This document shows, one piece after another, positions 54,408 to 63,502 of a DNA stretch of 64,000 bases. The stretch comes from Lachnospiraceae bacterium (lineage in GTDB: Bacteria; Bacillota; Clostridia; Lachnospirales; Lachnospiraceae). The position numbers were made by a program, and so were the translations under genes. The stretch lies in NCBI GenBank assembly GCA_045600725.1, contig JAZRYK010000027.1:427-64426 (forward strand), written 5' to 3'. The notes under the pieces were generated by a model that had not been told where the DNA came from, did not search any database, and worked only from the letters and a program-made list of their open reading frames with translations. The number at the start of each line of letters is the position of its first letter. The first letter of the stretch is position 1.

Positions 54408-56843
54408 ATGAAAAATATATTTCGTAACAGAAAAAACAGCAATGCCGCATTGGTTCTCGGATATGTATCCGTCGCAATCATTGCGGCGTTATTTGTTTTA
54501 CTGACCGCACTTCATAACCGTACCGGCGCCGGTTTTTTTAAGGGATGGGAAAACGTAACCATGCTTGAAGAAGGCTGGATTGCGGATGATGGTGAAAGGC
54601 AATATAACATTTCTCTTCCATGCGATGACAATCTCGGAATTACGTCTGAAACAACAACACTTACGAATACACTTCCGGACCCGCTTGATGATGAAGTCGT
54701 AATGATGTACCGAACTTCTCTTCAAAAGATTGTAATTTATATTGATGATGAAAAGATTTATTCTTATGGTGATAATGAATATATCTTTTCAGGAAAAACA
54801 GGCGGAAGCATCTGGAATATTATTCCCTTGGAAGAAGAATATGCCGGAAAAGAGATTAAGCTTGTTATTACCAGTCCTTACAAGAGATACAGAAATACGT
54901 TTCATGAGTTTTATATGGGTTCATACAGAGAACTGTTTTCAATGTTGATTCGAAATCATGGGATTAATTTCGAAATGTCACTTGTTCTGATGATTATGGG
55001 TGCTTTTATGATGGGTGTTTTTGTATTTTGCACCGTATTCAGAATAGCAAAAGGCAAGCAGTCATTATGGATTGGCTTGTTTGCATTGTCCGTAGGATTC
55101 TGGGATTTCTCGGAATGCAAGCTGACTCAGCTTCTGGTAGATAATATTACTGTCAATACACAGATGGATTTTATTCTTCTTTCCGCGATGGTTATTCCGA
55201 TTCTTTTGTATTTTGATGATGTTCATGAAAAAAGATTTCACAAAATATTTGTAGCCCTTACAGCCATTGCCGAGATAAATACTGTTGTGCAGATTGTTCT
55301 TCAGATAGAGGGAATATTTGACTTTTATGAAATGATGTTTGTAAGCCATATCATAATCGGAATATCCGCCATATTTATTGTGGGTTCTTCATTGTATTTG
55401 TTTGTAAAAGAACGTAACAGAAAATACCTGCCATTTATAGTGGACTTGATTGTTCTTGTTGCTGCCGGAGCATATGAAGTTGTGGTTGTATATCAAACAG
55501 GTTTTTCAAACGGTAGTGCGCTTGGACCGGCTGTTTTGTTCACAGTAATTGTTTGTATGTGGAATACCATAGATTCAGTGGTTGAAGTTTTGGCAACAGG
55601 ACGAAAGGCTGTAAAGGAAAGCGCTGCGAAGACTATTTTTCTTGCAAATATGAGCCATGAAATAAGAACTCCCATGAATGCAATATGCGCTATGAGTGAG
55701 ATGCTTTCGGAGTCTGATACGCTTTCGGAAAACGACAAAGACAGGGTGCAGACAATAAACACTGCTGCGCTCAACTTGTTGGATATTATCAACGATATTC
55801 TTGACTATACGAAGATTACCGCTGAAAAGCTCGAAGTGACAGACATTCATTATTCACTAACACGCTTTTTGACAGATACTTATAATCCCATAAAAATAAT
55901 TGCATCAAGAAAGAATCTTGATTTTTCAGTAGCTGTATCTCCGAATGTACCTGAGAGTCTTATAGGAGATGGCGGTAAGTGCAGACAGATTTTAATTAAT
56001 CTTCTCAACAATGCGGTCAAATATACTGAAAAGGGAAGCGTAAAGCTTACTGTAGACTTTAAAAAAATCGATGAAAAAACCGGAAGCTTGATTTATTCTG
56101 TGGCGGATACCGGCATAGGTATCAGCAGGGACAATATTTCAAAACTTTTTGATGTATATTCGCAGGTGGATTTAAAGAGGGAGAGAGCTGAGGAGAGTAC
56201 AGGACTTGGCCTTGCCATTTCGCGTGGTCTTGCAAACCTTTTGGGCGGCGATATAGAAGTGGTAAGTAATGAAGGCTGGGGCAGCGTTTTTACGGCTACG
56301 GTTGTTCAGAAATATGAAGGAAGTACCACATACCTCGACACTGTAAAAGAACATGGCGAAGAAATAATATATTCTGATTCGAGAATCATTTTTGTTCCTG
56401 CAAATATTGATATAGACGGTCTCAATAATGAACACGAGAGATTTGATGCGTCCGCAGCGCGAGTAATGGTTGTCGATGATAATTCGACAAATCTCCGTAT
56501 TCTTCGTGAGATGCTTGGGGTATTCGGAATCAAGCCGGTACTTATTCCAAACGGTACCCAGGCTATTGCAGCTGTAAAAACAAAGCGTTTCGACTTAATT
56601 TACATGGATCATATGATGCCGGGAATAGATGGTGTTGAAACTACCGCGGAGATAAGAAAAATGAAAACAGATGGTGGTGACAAGATAAAAATAATCGCCC
56701 TTACGGCAAATGCCATGAAGGGCGCAAAAGAAGAGTTCCTGAAAAAGGGATTTGACGATTATCTTTCAAAACCGGTTTCGCTTAACAGTATTGGAAATTC
56801 CCTTATAAACAATCTTACGAAAGATTATATTAAACGAACATAA
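54408..56843 (+). CDS. hybrid sensor histidine kinase / response regulator with extracytoplasmic domain + 7-TM sensor module
   Basis: An N-terminal TM helix is followed by a ~150-aa external domain and then about 7 TM helices (7TMR-DISM-like layout). The H-box is NMSHEIRTPMNAI, the N-box LLNNAVKYT and the G-box GLGLAISRG. The REC domain shows VMVVDDNSTNLRIL...IYMDHMMPGIDG. Confidence 0.85.
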   Translation: MKNIFRNRKNSNAALVLGYVSVAIIAALFVLLTALHNRTGAGFFKGWENVTMLEEGWIADDGERQYNISLPCDDNLGITSETTTLTNTLPDPLDDEVVMMYRTSLQKIVIYIDDEKIYSYGDNEYIFSGKTGGSIWNIIPLEEEYAGKEIKLVITSPYKRYRNTFHEFYMGSYRELFSMLIRNHGINFEMSLVLMIMGAFMMGVFVFCTVFRIAKGKQSLWIGLFALSVGFWDFSECKLTQLLVDNITVNTQMDFILLSAMVIPILLYFDDVHEKRFHKIFVALTAIAEINTVVQIVLQIEGIFDFYEMMFVSHIIIGISAIFIVGSSLYLFVKERNRKYLPFIVDLIVLVAAGAYEVVVVYQTGFSNGSALGPAVLFTVIVCMWNTIDSVVEVLATGRKAVKESAAKTIFLANMSHEIRTPMNAICAMSEMLSESDTLSENDKDRVQTINTAALNLLDIINDILDYTKITAEKLEVTDIHYSLTRFLTDTYNPIKIIASRKNLDFSVAVSPNVPESLIGDGGKCRQILINLLNNAVKYTEKGSVKLTVDFKKIDEKTGSLIYSVADTGIGISRDNISKLFDVYSQVDLKRERAEESTGLGLAISRGLANLLGGDIEVVSNEGWGSVFTATVVQKYEGSTTYLDTVKEHGEEIIYSDSRIIFVPANIDIDGLNNEHERFDASAARVMVVDDNSTNLRILREMLGVFGIKPVLIPNGTQAIAAVKTKRFDLIYMDHMMPGIDGVETTAEIRKMKTDGGDKIKIIALTANAMKGAKEEFLKKGFDDYLSKPVSLNSIGNSLINNLTKDYIKRT

Positions 56844-56845
56844 TA

Positions 56846-58210
56846 TCAGGCATTGAGCAGTTTCTTCATTTTAACAAATACAACGGTGAAGCAAATAACA
56901 TGAACCAGAGTGGTTATTGTCCATGAAATGGGGTATGACATATATAGGCATTCCAAGGTGTGGAGCTGCGAAAAGATTGTAAAAATCCACAGAATTCGGA
57001 AACCGCATGCCCCGAGAAGCGACACGATTGTAGGCATTACGGAATAACCCAGGCCTCTGATCGCACCGACCATACAGTCCATGGTTCCGCATGTGAAATA
57101 TGAAAACATTATTATTCCCATACGGGTCATACCATACTGAATAACGACCGCTTTGTCATTGCCGTTGGCATAAAGTGAAAGAAGCTCGGGACCGAATACG
57201 TATGCCAGTACACCCGATGTAAAGCCAAGAAGAACAACAAGAGAAAGACAGTAAAGAACAACCTTTTTTATGCGTTCAAAGTTTTTTGCACCGTAATTCT
57301 GGCTTGTAAAGGAAAGACATGTATGATGGAAAGCATTCATAATGACATATACAAAGCCTTCAATATTGCTGGCTGCACTGTTTCCGGCCATAACGTCAGC
57401 ACCGAAAGAGTTTACCGAAGACTGAATCAGTACATTTGAAAATGAAAAGAGACAGCCCTGAATTCCCGCGGGAAGTCCGAGACGAAGTATTTGAAGCACC
57501 TTATCTTTATATAGTCTAAGCTTCTTTATTTCGACTTTGTAGCATTCGTCGGATTTAATGAGGCATCTGAGAACAAGAATTGCCGACAGGGCTTGAGACA
57601 ATACAGTCGCAAGTGCAACGCCGTCAACACCCAAACCGAACAAAATGATAAATGTTACATTGCAAACAACATTAACGACTCCTGAAATCGCAAGATAAAT
57701 CAGGGGTCGTTTCGTATCTCCGATGGCACGAAGTATCGCACTGCCAAAATTGTAGAGCATGCTTAACGGCATCCCGAGAAAATAAATCCTGATATATAAG
57801 GAAGAAAGAGGAAGGACGGATTCCGGAGTTCCCATAAGTGCCAACAGCTTCGGAGCAGCGATAAAACCGAATATGGCAAGGAAAGCACCGCTTAATACCG
57901 AAAGAAGAACAGAAGTATGAACTGTTTCGCTTACATCTTTTTCCCGGGCAGAGCCGAAATACCGTGCCACCATTACATTTCCGCCGACGGATAGACCTAT
58001 AAACAGGTTTACAAGCAGATTGATCAAAGAAGAAGTTGAACCTATGGCTGCAAGTGCTCCGGCCCCGACATATCTTCCGGCAACTACCATATCAGCGGCA
58101 TTGAACAGCAACTGAAGAATACTTGATGCAATTAGCGGAAGCGTAAACGATATTATCTTTGGCAGAAGGTATCCTTCCGTCATATTCATACTGTATTTTT
58201 TTGCTGCCAT
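56846..58210 (-). CDS. MATE-family efflux transporter
   Basis: 12-TM layout. The N-terminus LLPKIISFTLPLIASSILQLLFNAADMVVAGRYVG is typical of MATE/NorM proteins. The protein is 454 aa. Confidence 0.9.
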   Translation of the reverse strand: MAAKKYSMNMTEGYLLPKIISFTLPLIASSILQLLFNAADMVVAGRYVGAGALAAIGSTSSLINLLVNLFIGLSVGGNVMVARYFGSAREKDVSETVHTSVLLSVLSGAFLAIFGFIAAPKLLALMGTPESVLPLSSLYIRIYFLGMPLSMLYNFGSAILRAIGDTKRPLIYLAISGVVNVVCNVTFIILFGLGVDGVALATVLSQALSAILVLRCLIKSDECYKVEIKKLRLYKDKVLQILRLGLPAGIQGCLFSFSNVLIQSSVNSFGADVMAGNSAASNIEGFVYVIMNAFHHTCLSFTSQNYGAKNFERIKKVVLYCLSLVVLLGFTSGVLAYVFGPELLSLYANGNDKAVVIQYGMTRMGIIMFSYFTCGTMDCMVGAIRGLGYSVMPTIVSLLGACGFRILWIFTIFSQLHTLECLYMSYPISWTITTLVHVICFTVVFVKMKKLLNA

Positions 58211-58394
58211 TTTTATGCCTTTCTGTAGTGAAAGAAGTGTAGCTCATTTAAGTAAAAAATACAATTGCTTTTTTGTATAGAATGCCATATGGAATTTGCC
58301 TATTTTTTGGTATACAATCCATTTACACTTACCTGCATACAGATTATTCACCCGGTATACGCCGGGCTTGATTAATGTGGATGGAGGTATTTTT

Positions 58395-60086
58395 ATGTTT
58401 TTAGGGAAAAACAAATTTATTATCAGATTTATTACGGCATTAACAACCGTGGGCGTCATTTTGGGGAGTGCGCCGATTTATTCACAGGCAGCGGGATTTA
58501 CACACAAGCATGTGGATTCCTGCTACAAAAATGTAACGAAAACATGCTCAAATCATTACTGGAGCCATGGAAGAGAAACTCTGACAAGATATTGCCCAAA
58601 CTGCAAAAATAATATGAGATGCATTTACGATACATATAAAGACTGCTGCCCAAACAAGTTAAAAAGTGACGCACTGAAAAAGTGGGATATATATTGCGAA
58701 ACCTGTGGCACAACAATAGAAACCTTTGACGGCGGACTGGATACACACACCTATCAGGTCAAAGAAATAAGATGCGGAATGAAGGAATCAAGTACAGCTG
58801 CGACGGTAAGCATATCTGCCGATAAAACGGGTTGGACAAACGGGAAAGTTACCGTCACTTGTAATGTAAGCATTTCGGATTCTTCATTTTCTCTTGCCGG
58901 CGCGCCGTATTCTTTTAACGGCGGTGCATACAGTGGCTCTTCATCAGCAGCTGTAAACGAAAACGGAAGTTATTCATTTACCGTAATGGACAGCAGCGGA
59001 CGAACGGCTTCTGAATCCATAACTATATCAAATATTGATACTAAAGCCCCTACGGTTTCACTCTCAAAAAGTACGGATGCCTGGACTGAGGAAGGACTTA
59101 CAATCAGTGCTTCCGCTTCGGACGACTTATCGGGACTGGCTTCCGAGGCATACTCGTTCGGCGGTGCTTTTTCTTCTTCAAGTTCATTGCTTGTACGCTC
59201 AAACGGTACATATTCTGTAACGGTGCGGGATAATGCGGGAAATACGGCTTCAGCATCGATAACTGTATCCAATATCGGCAAAGATCCCAAAATTATCGAA
59301 GAAGAAAGAAGAAAAGAAGAGGAAGAAAAACGAAGGAAAGAAGAGGAAGAAGAGAAGCGCAGAAAAGAAGAGGAAGAGAGACGCAGGAAGGAAGAGGAGG
59401 AAAAGAAAAATGAGGATAATAGGAAAAAAGACGACGGAAAAGGCAAAACAGATGATAGCAGACGTGACGACGATGGAGACTTGACAGGCTCCAAAAATGA
59501 GGATGACGATGGTAAAAAGAATGTGAAGGAGGATGACAATACCGGGAAGAAACAGGTCCCTTCAGTGCCATTATTGCCTTACGAACCGAATGAAGACATT
59601 TCACAAAATGACATTTCGGCAAATGATGTTTCAGCAAATCTTATTACGGTAAATACCTCCGGCAGTAAAACGCAGACCTCCGGCAATAAATGGATAGAAA
59701 AAACGCCCGGTGCATCCGAAACTTCTGCAGTGGTGCAGACATCGCTTTGGGACCGGATTACAAATATGAACAGCGCACTAAAAATGCTGTTTGCAGGATT
59801 GGTGCTTGTTCTTTTTGCTTTGATTGTTTTGTCAACGCTGGATTTTGTCTATTCCGCGAAAGATGGTAAATTCATTCCGATTACCCTTGCGAAGATCAAG
59901 CGTGAAGATAAGCGCCTGCTTGTTAAAGTACCCGGCGGAGTACTTGTAAGGGACAGGAAATATAAAATATTCCTTTCTCCTGCAAATAGGTTGCTGAAAA
60001 GAGGAAGAAGACTCGTGGTGGATGTGGAAGGCAGAAATCAGCAGTATATTTCAGAAGACGGATACAGTTTTGTATATAGCGGCTAG
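58395..60086 (+). CDS. type I membrane surface protein: signal peptide, Cys/His module, two Ig-like repeats, KE-rich spacer, TM helix, basic cytoplasmic tail
   Basis: GGAGGT lies 6 nt upstream of ATG 58395. The signal peptide is MFLGKNKFIIRFITALTTVGVILGSAPIYSQA. The TM helix LFAGLVLVLFALIVLSTLDFV lies near the C-terminus. See findings. Confidence 0.7.
   Translation: MFLGKNKFIIRFITALTTVGVILGSAPIYSQAAGFTHKHVDSCYKNVTKTCSNHYWSHGRETLTRYCPNCKNNMRCIYDTYKDCCPNKLKSDALKKWDIYCETCGTTIETFDGGLDTHTYQVKEIRCGMKESSTAATVSISADKTGWTNGKVTVTCNVSISDSSFSLAGAPYSFNGGAYSGSSSAAVNENGSYSFTVMDSSGRTASESITISNIDTKAPTVSLSKSTDAWTEEGLTISASASDDLSGLASEAYSFGGAFSSSSSLLVRSNGTYSVTVRDNAGNTASASITVSNIGKDPKIIEEERRKEEEEKRRKEEEEEKRRKEEEERRRKEEEEKKNEDNRKKDDGKGKTDDSRRDDDGDLTGSKNEDDDGKKNVKEDDNTGKKQVPSVPLLPYEPNEDISQNDISANDVSANLITVNTSGSKTQTSGNKWIEKTPGASETSAVVQTSLWDRITNMNSALKMLFAGLVLVLFALIVLSTLDFVYSAKDGKFIPITLAKIKREDKRLLVKVPGGVLVRDRKYKIFLSPANRLLKRGRRLVVDVEGRNQQYISEDGYSFVYSG
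59298..59450 (+). repeat. polypurine low-complexity tract encoding (E/K/R)-rich repeats
   Basis: A 33-nt uninterrupted purine run spans 59298-59330, and the tract is about 90 percent purine overall. The peptide is EEERRKEEEEKRRKEEEEEKRRKEEEERRRKEEEEKKNEDNRKKDDGKGK. Confidence 0.9.
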
Positions 60087-60097
60087 TTGCCGAAATA

Positions 60098-60126
60098 TTG
60101 ACTGTTTAGGGTTTGTTGTTTATACT
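60098..60126 (+). promoter_or_regulatory. sigma-A-type promoter candidate upstream of hisC
   Basis: TTGACT, 17-nt spacer, TATACT. Confidence 0.45.
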
Positions 60127-60150
60127 ATGCCTTGATAAATAAGTATTTTT

Positions 60151-60184
60151 CCGACTCTTTTCCGGAGGAGGAGAGTCGGTTTTT
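60151..60184 (+). terminator. intrinsic terminator-like hairpin 20 nt upstream of the hisC start
   Basis: Stem CCGACTCT / AGAGTCGG with a 13-nt loop, followed by TTTTT. Confidence 0.6.
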
Positions 60185-60204
60185 ATAAAAAGGAAGAAAT
60201 ACGC

Positions 60205-61254
60205 ATGTGGGAAAATAATGTCAGAAAAGTTGTTCCGTATACTCCGGGCGAACAGCCTAAGGTTGATGGACTTATTAAACTTAATACAAATGAAAATCCC
60301 TATCCTCCGGCGCCGGCTGTTCAGGAACGTCTGAACAATATGAAGGCTGAGGATTTCAGAAAATATCCGGACCCCACATGCTCGCAGCTTGTGTCTGCAC
60401 TGTCAGAGGTATATAAGATTCCCGAAGACCGGATATTTGTCGGTGTCGGTTCCGACGATGTTTTGGCGATGGCTTTCCTTACTTTTTTCAACAGTGCGGA
60501 GGAAATACTGTTTCCTGATATAACATATTCATTTTACGATGTCTGGGCCGATCTTTTTAAAATTCCTTTCAGACAGATACCGCTTCGTGATGACTTTACG
60601 GTAAATGCAGATGATTATATTTGCAAAAACGGCGGAATTGTAATTGCAAATCCAAATGCTCCCACAGGAGAGAGCCTTGATTTGTCTGAGATAGAGCGTA
60701 TAGTCAAAAACAATCCCAACAGCGTTGTAATAGTTGATGAGGCATATGTTGATTTCGGTGGTGTGAGTGCGCTTCCGCTTATAGATAAGTACGAAAATCT
60801 TTTGGTTGTTCAGACATTTTCAAAATCAAGATCCATGGCCGGTATGCGAATCGGTTATGCATTTGGACAGTCAAAGATTATTAAATACCTCAATGATGCC
60901 AAGTTTTCATTTAATTCGTATACAATGAATATGCCCACACTGGAACTTGGAACTCTTGCGGTACGCGATATCGCTTATTTTGAAGAAACAACGGCAAAGG
61001 TTGTGGCTACCAGGGAATGGACTAAGAAAGAACTTGCAAAACGAGGCTTTAGCTTTGGCGACAGCAAGACAAATTTCATTTTTGCAAAGCATGCTACTGT
61101 GCCGCGCGATGAGATATTTGCAAAACTTCGTGAAAATAAGATTCTTGTGCGTAAATTTAATGGTGAGAGAATTAAGGACTATTTAAGAATTTCCATAGGC
61201 ACAAATGAAGAAATGCAGTGCGTAATGGATGTGCTTGATAAAATACTGGTATAA
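60205..61254 (+). CDS. hisC: histidinol-phosphate aminotransferase
   Basis: Motifs are VPYTPGEQP...IKLNTNENPYPP, VVIVDEAYVDF and the PLP-lysine context TFSKSRSMAGMRIGYA. The protein is 349 aa. Confidence 0.9.
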   Translation: MWENNVRKVVPYTPGEQPKVDGLIKLNTNENPYPPAPAVQERLNNMKAEDFRKYPDPTCSQLVSALSEVYKIPEDRIFVGVGSDDVLAMAFLTFFNSAEEILFPDITYSFYDVWADLFKIPFRQIPLRDDFTVNADDYICKNGGIVIANPNAPTGESLDLSEIERIVKNNPNSVVIVDEAYVDFGGVSALPLIDKYENLLVVQTFSKSRSMAGMRIGYAFGQSKIIKYLNDAKFSFNSYTMNMPTLELGTLAVRDIAYFEETTAKVVATREWTKKELAKRGFSFGDSKTNFIFAKHATVPRDEIFAKLRENKILVRKFNGERIKDYLRISIGTNEEMQCVMDVLDKILV

Positions 61255-61269
61255 GAAACGGAGATTTTT

Positions 61270-61803
61270 ATGAAGAAAATAACGAAGTATATTATTATAT
61301 TCTTTATTTCGATGGTTCCATTGATTGAACTTCGTATTGCATTTCCTCTTGCTATTTTTAATACACCCGTACGTCTTTTGCCCGGAGTGTATATAAATGG
61401 TTTCGGATTACATCCTGTTGTATCGTACATTATTTGTATTATCGGAAACATGGTACCGGTTCCGTTTATTTACTTCTTTGCTGTAAAGGTTTTGAATTGG
61501 GGAAAAGATAAGAAGTTTATCGGAAAGTTTTTTACATTCTGTCTGAATAAAGGTCATAAAGGCGGAAAGAAATTGCAGGAAAAGGCAGGAAGGGGTCTTT
61601 ATTTTGCACTTTTCCTCTTCGTAGGAATTCCGCTTCCGGGTACAGGAGCATGGACAGGAACATTGGCTGCTTCACTTCTTGATATGGATTTTAAAAAAAG
61701 CGTTGCAGCAGTATTAAGCGGTGTTCTTCTTGCCGGAGTACTTATGGGATTCAGTATATATGGAGTTCAGTGGATTGTTCAGTGGGTTACAGCACTTTTT
61801 TAA
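61270..61803 (+). CDS. small multidrug-export-like membrane protein (COG2426 / Sm_multidrug_ex type)
   Basis: The protein is small, with 4-5 TM helices. The motif ISMVPLIELRIAFPLAI and GIPLPGTGAWTG are characteristic of this family as I recall it. Confidence 0.65.
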   Translation: MKKITKYIIIFFISMVPLIELRIAFPLAIFNTPVRLLPGVYINGFGLHPVVSYIICIIGNMVPVPFIYFFAVKVLNWGKDKKFIGKFFTFCLNKGHKGGKKLQEKAGRGLYFALFLFVGIPLPGTGAWTGTLAASLLDMDFKKSVAAVLSGVLLAGVLMGFSIYGVQWIVQWVTALF

Positions 61804-61812
61804 GGATTTGAG

Positions 61813-62562
61813 ATGGAAAGTTATACAGATTTTGCAGCCCTCTACGATGAGTTTATGGAAGAGACTCCGTATGATGACTGGTGTGAGAATATAGTCAGTA
61901 TATTAAAAGCCCACGGGATAACCGATGGGCTTGTTTGCGAGTTGGGAGCAGGAACGGGCGAAATGACTATGCGCCTTGCTGCAAAGGGTTTTGATATGAT
62001 CGGAATTGACAACTCGGAAGCAATGCTGGCAGTTGCACGGGAAAAAACAGTTGAGGAAGCGGATATTCTGTATCTTTTGCAGGATATGAGAGAATTTGAA
62101 CTGTATGGAACGGTCAAAAGCATAGTAAGTGTGTGTGACTCTGTTAATTACATTACAGACCCGGAGGACTTGGTTACCGTTTTTAAACTTTGCAACAATT
62201 ATCTGGATCCGTCGGGAATTCTTGTTTTTGACTTCAATACAAGATATAAATATGAAACCGTTATCGGCGAAACCACAATAGCTGAAAACGGAGAGGATGC
62301 AAGCTTTATTTGGGAAAATTATTTTGACGCGGAAAGCTCCGTAAACGAATATGATATTACATTCTTCGTAAAAGAAGAAAATGGTTTTTTCAGACGTTTT
62401 ACGGAGGAACATTATCAGCGTGGCTATACGCTGGGAGAAATGAAAGACCTTTTACTCAGAGCCGGTATGATTTTTGTGAGTGCCTGTGATGTCGACACAA
62501 TGGGTGATGTGACAGCGGAAACCGAGCGAATATATATTATTGCAAAGGAACAGGGAAAATGA
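61813..62562 (+). CDS. class I SAM-dependent methyltransferase
   Basis: Motif I is VCELGAGTGEMTMRLA. The acidic post-I residue is in IGIDNSEAM. Motif II context is LQDMREF. Confidence 0.85.
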   Translation: MESYTDFAALYDEFMEETPYDDWCENIVSILKAHGITDGLVCELGAGTGEMTMRLAAKGFDMIGIDNSEAMLAVAREKTVEEADILYLLQDMREFELYGTVKSIVSVCDSVNYITDPEDLVTVFKLCNNYLDPSGILVFDFNTRYKYETVIGETTIAENGEDASFIWENYFDAESSVNEYDITFFVKEENGFFRRFTEEHYQRGYTLGEMKDLLLRAGMIFVSACDVDTMGDVTAETERIYIIAKEQGK

Positions 62563-63434
62563 ACGATTATATAGTCAGAGCAACGGCTGCGAATGCCAAC
62601 ATCAGAGCATTTGCTGCTACTACAAAGAATCTGGTTGAAACCGCTCGCGCGGCACACAATACCAGTCCGATAATGACTGCGGCGCTTGGCAGACTTCTTA
62701 CCGCAGGGGCAATGATGGGTGCAATGCAGAAAGGTGACGCAGATGTACTTACATTAAAAATAGACTGTGGCGGAGAGGCAAAAGGACTTACCGTAACGGC
62801 AGATTCACACGGAAATGTTAAGGGCTTTTGCGTTAATCCAAACGTAATGCTGCCTCCGAATGCTCTCGGAAAACTTGATGTGGGCGGTGCACTGGGGCCC
62901 GGATTTCTTACGGTTATGAAAGACCTTGGTCTGAAAGAACCATACGTTGGGCAGACTATGCTTGTTACTTCCGAGATAGGTGATGATTTAACCAACTATT
63001 TTATGGAGTCTGAACAAGTACCTTCTTCTGTAGGCCTTGGAGTTCTTATGGAAAAGGACAATACCGTTAAACAAGCAGGAGGATTTATTATTCAGTTAAT
63101 GCCTTTTGCACCGGATGAGATTATTGATAAGCTTGAGGATAATCTTCGAAAGATTACATCGGTAACTTCTTTGCTTGAAGCGGGAAACTCACCCGAAAAA
63201 ATACTGGAGATTATTCTTGAAGGGTTCGACATTGAATTCACGGATAAAATGGATACAAACTTTAAGTGTAATTGTTCGAAACAACGATTTGCGCAGGGAC
63301 TGTTCTCGCTTGGGAAAAAGGAAATGCAGGAAATAATTGATGAGGGGCAGGAAATAGAAGTTAACTGTCAGTTCTGCGGAAAGCATTATTATTACAGTAT
63401 TGATGAATTAAAAGAAATCGAATCGCTAAGATAA
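62559..63434 (+). CDS. hslO: redox-regulated chaperone Hsp33
   Basis: The start overlaps the upstream stop (ATGA). The N-terminus is DYIVRATAANANIRAFAATT. The C-terminal zinc centre is CNCS...CQFCGKHY. Confidence 0.92.
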   Translation: MNDYIVRATAANANIRAFAATTKNLVETARAAHNTSPIMTAALGRLLTAGAMMGAMQKGDADVLTLKIDCGGEAKGLTVTADSHGNVKGFCVNPNVMLPPNALGKLDVGGALGPGFLTVMKDLGLKEPYVGQTMLVTSEIGDDLTNYFMESEQVPSSVGLGVLMEKDNTVKQAGGFIIQLMPFAPDEIIDKLEDNLRKITSVTSLLEAGNSPEKILEIILEGFDIEFTDKMDTNFKCNCSKQRFAQGLFSLGKKEMQEIIDEGQEIEVNCQFCGKHYYYSIDELKEIESLR

Positions 63435-63439
63435 AAACA

Positions 63440-63481
63440 GGCTGTGCCAAAATGATTTTTCATTTGACACAGCCATTTTTT
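63440..63481. terminator. terminator between convergent hslO and the last gene
   Basis: Long hairpin GGCTGTGcCAAAaTGA-TTTT-TCAtTTGaCACAGCC, followed by ATTTTTT. Confidence 0.7.
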
Positions 63482-63502
63482 GAAATAATACATTGCCATG
63501 TT

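Noticed and set aside
58970-59539. A 189-aa Ser/Phe/Leu-rich antisense ORF.
   Set aside because: It is the complement of the polypurine KE-rich tract. A pyrimidine-only strand cannot encode stops (TAA/TAG/TGA need purines), so the open frame is trivial.
60127-60204. A T-box or riboswitch leader, or a His-rich leader peptide, upstream of hisC.
   Set aside because: The leader is only ~70 nt. The only ATG (60127) is followed by a stop after two codons, and there is no specifier or T-box sequence. It is kept only as a read-through terminator observation.
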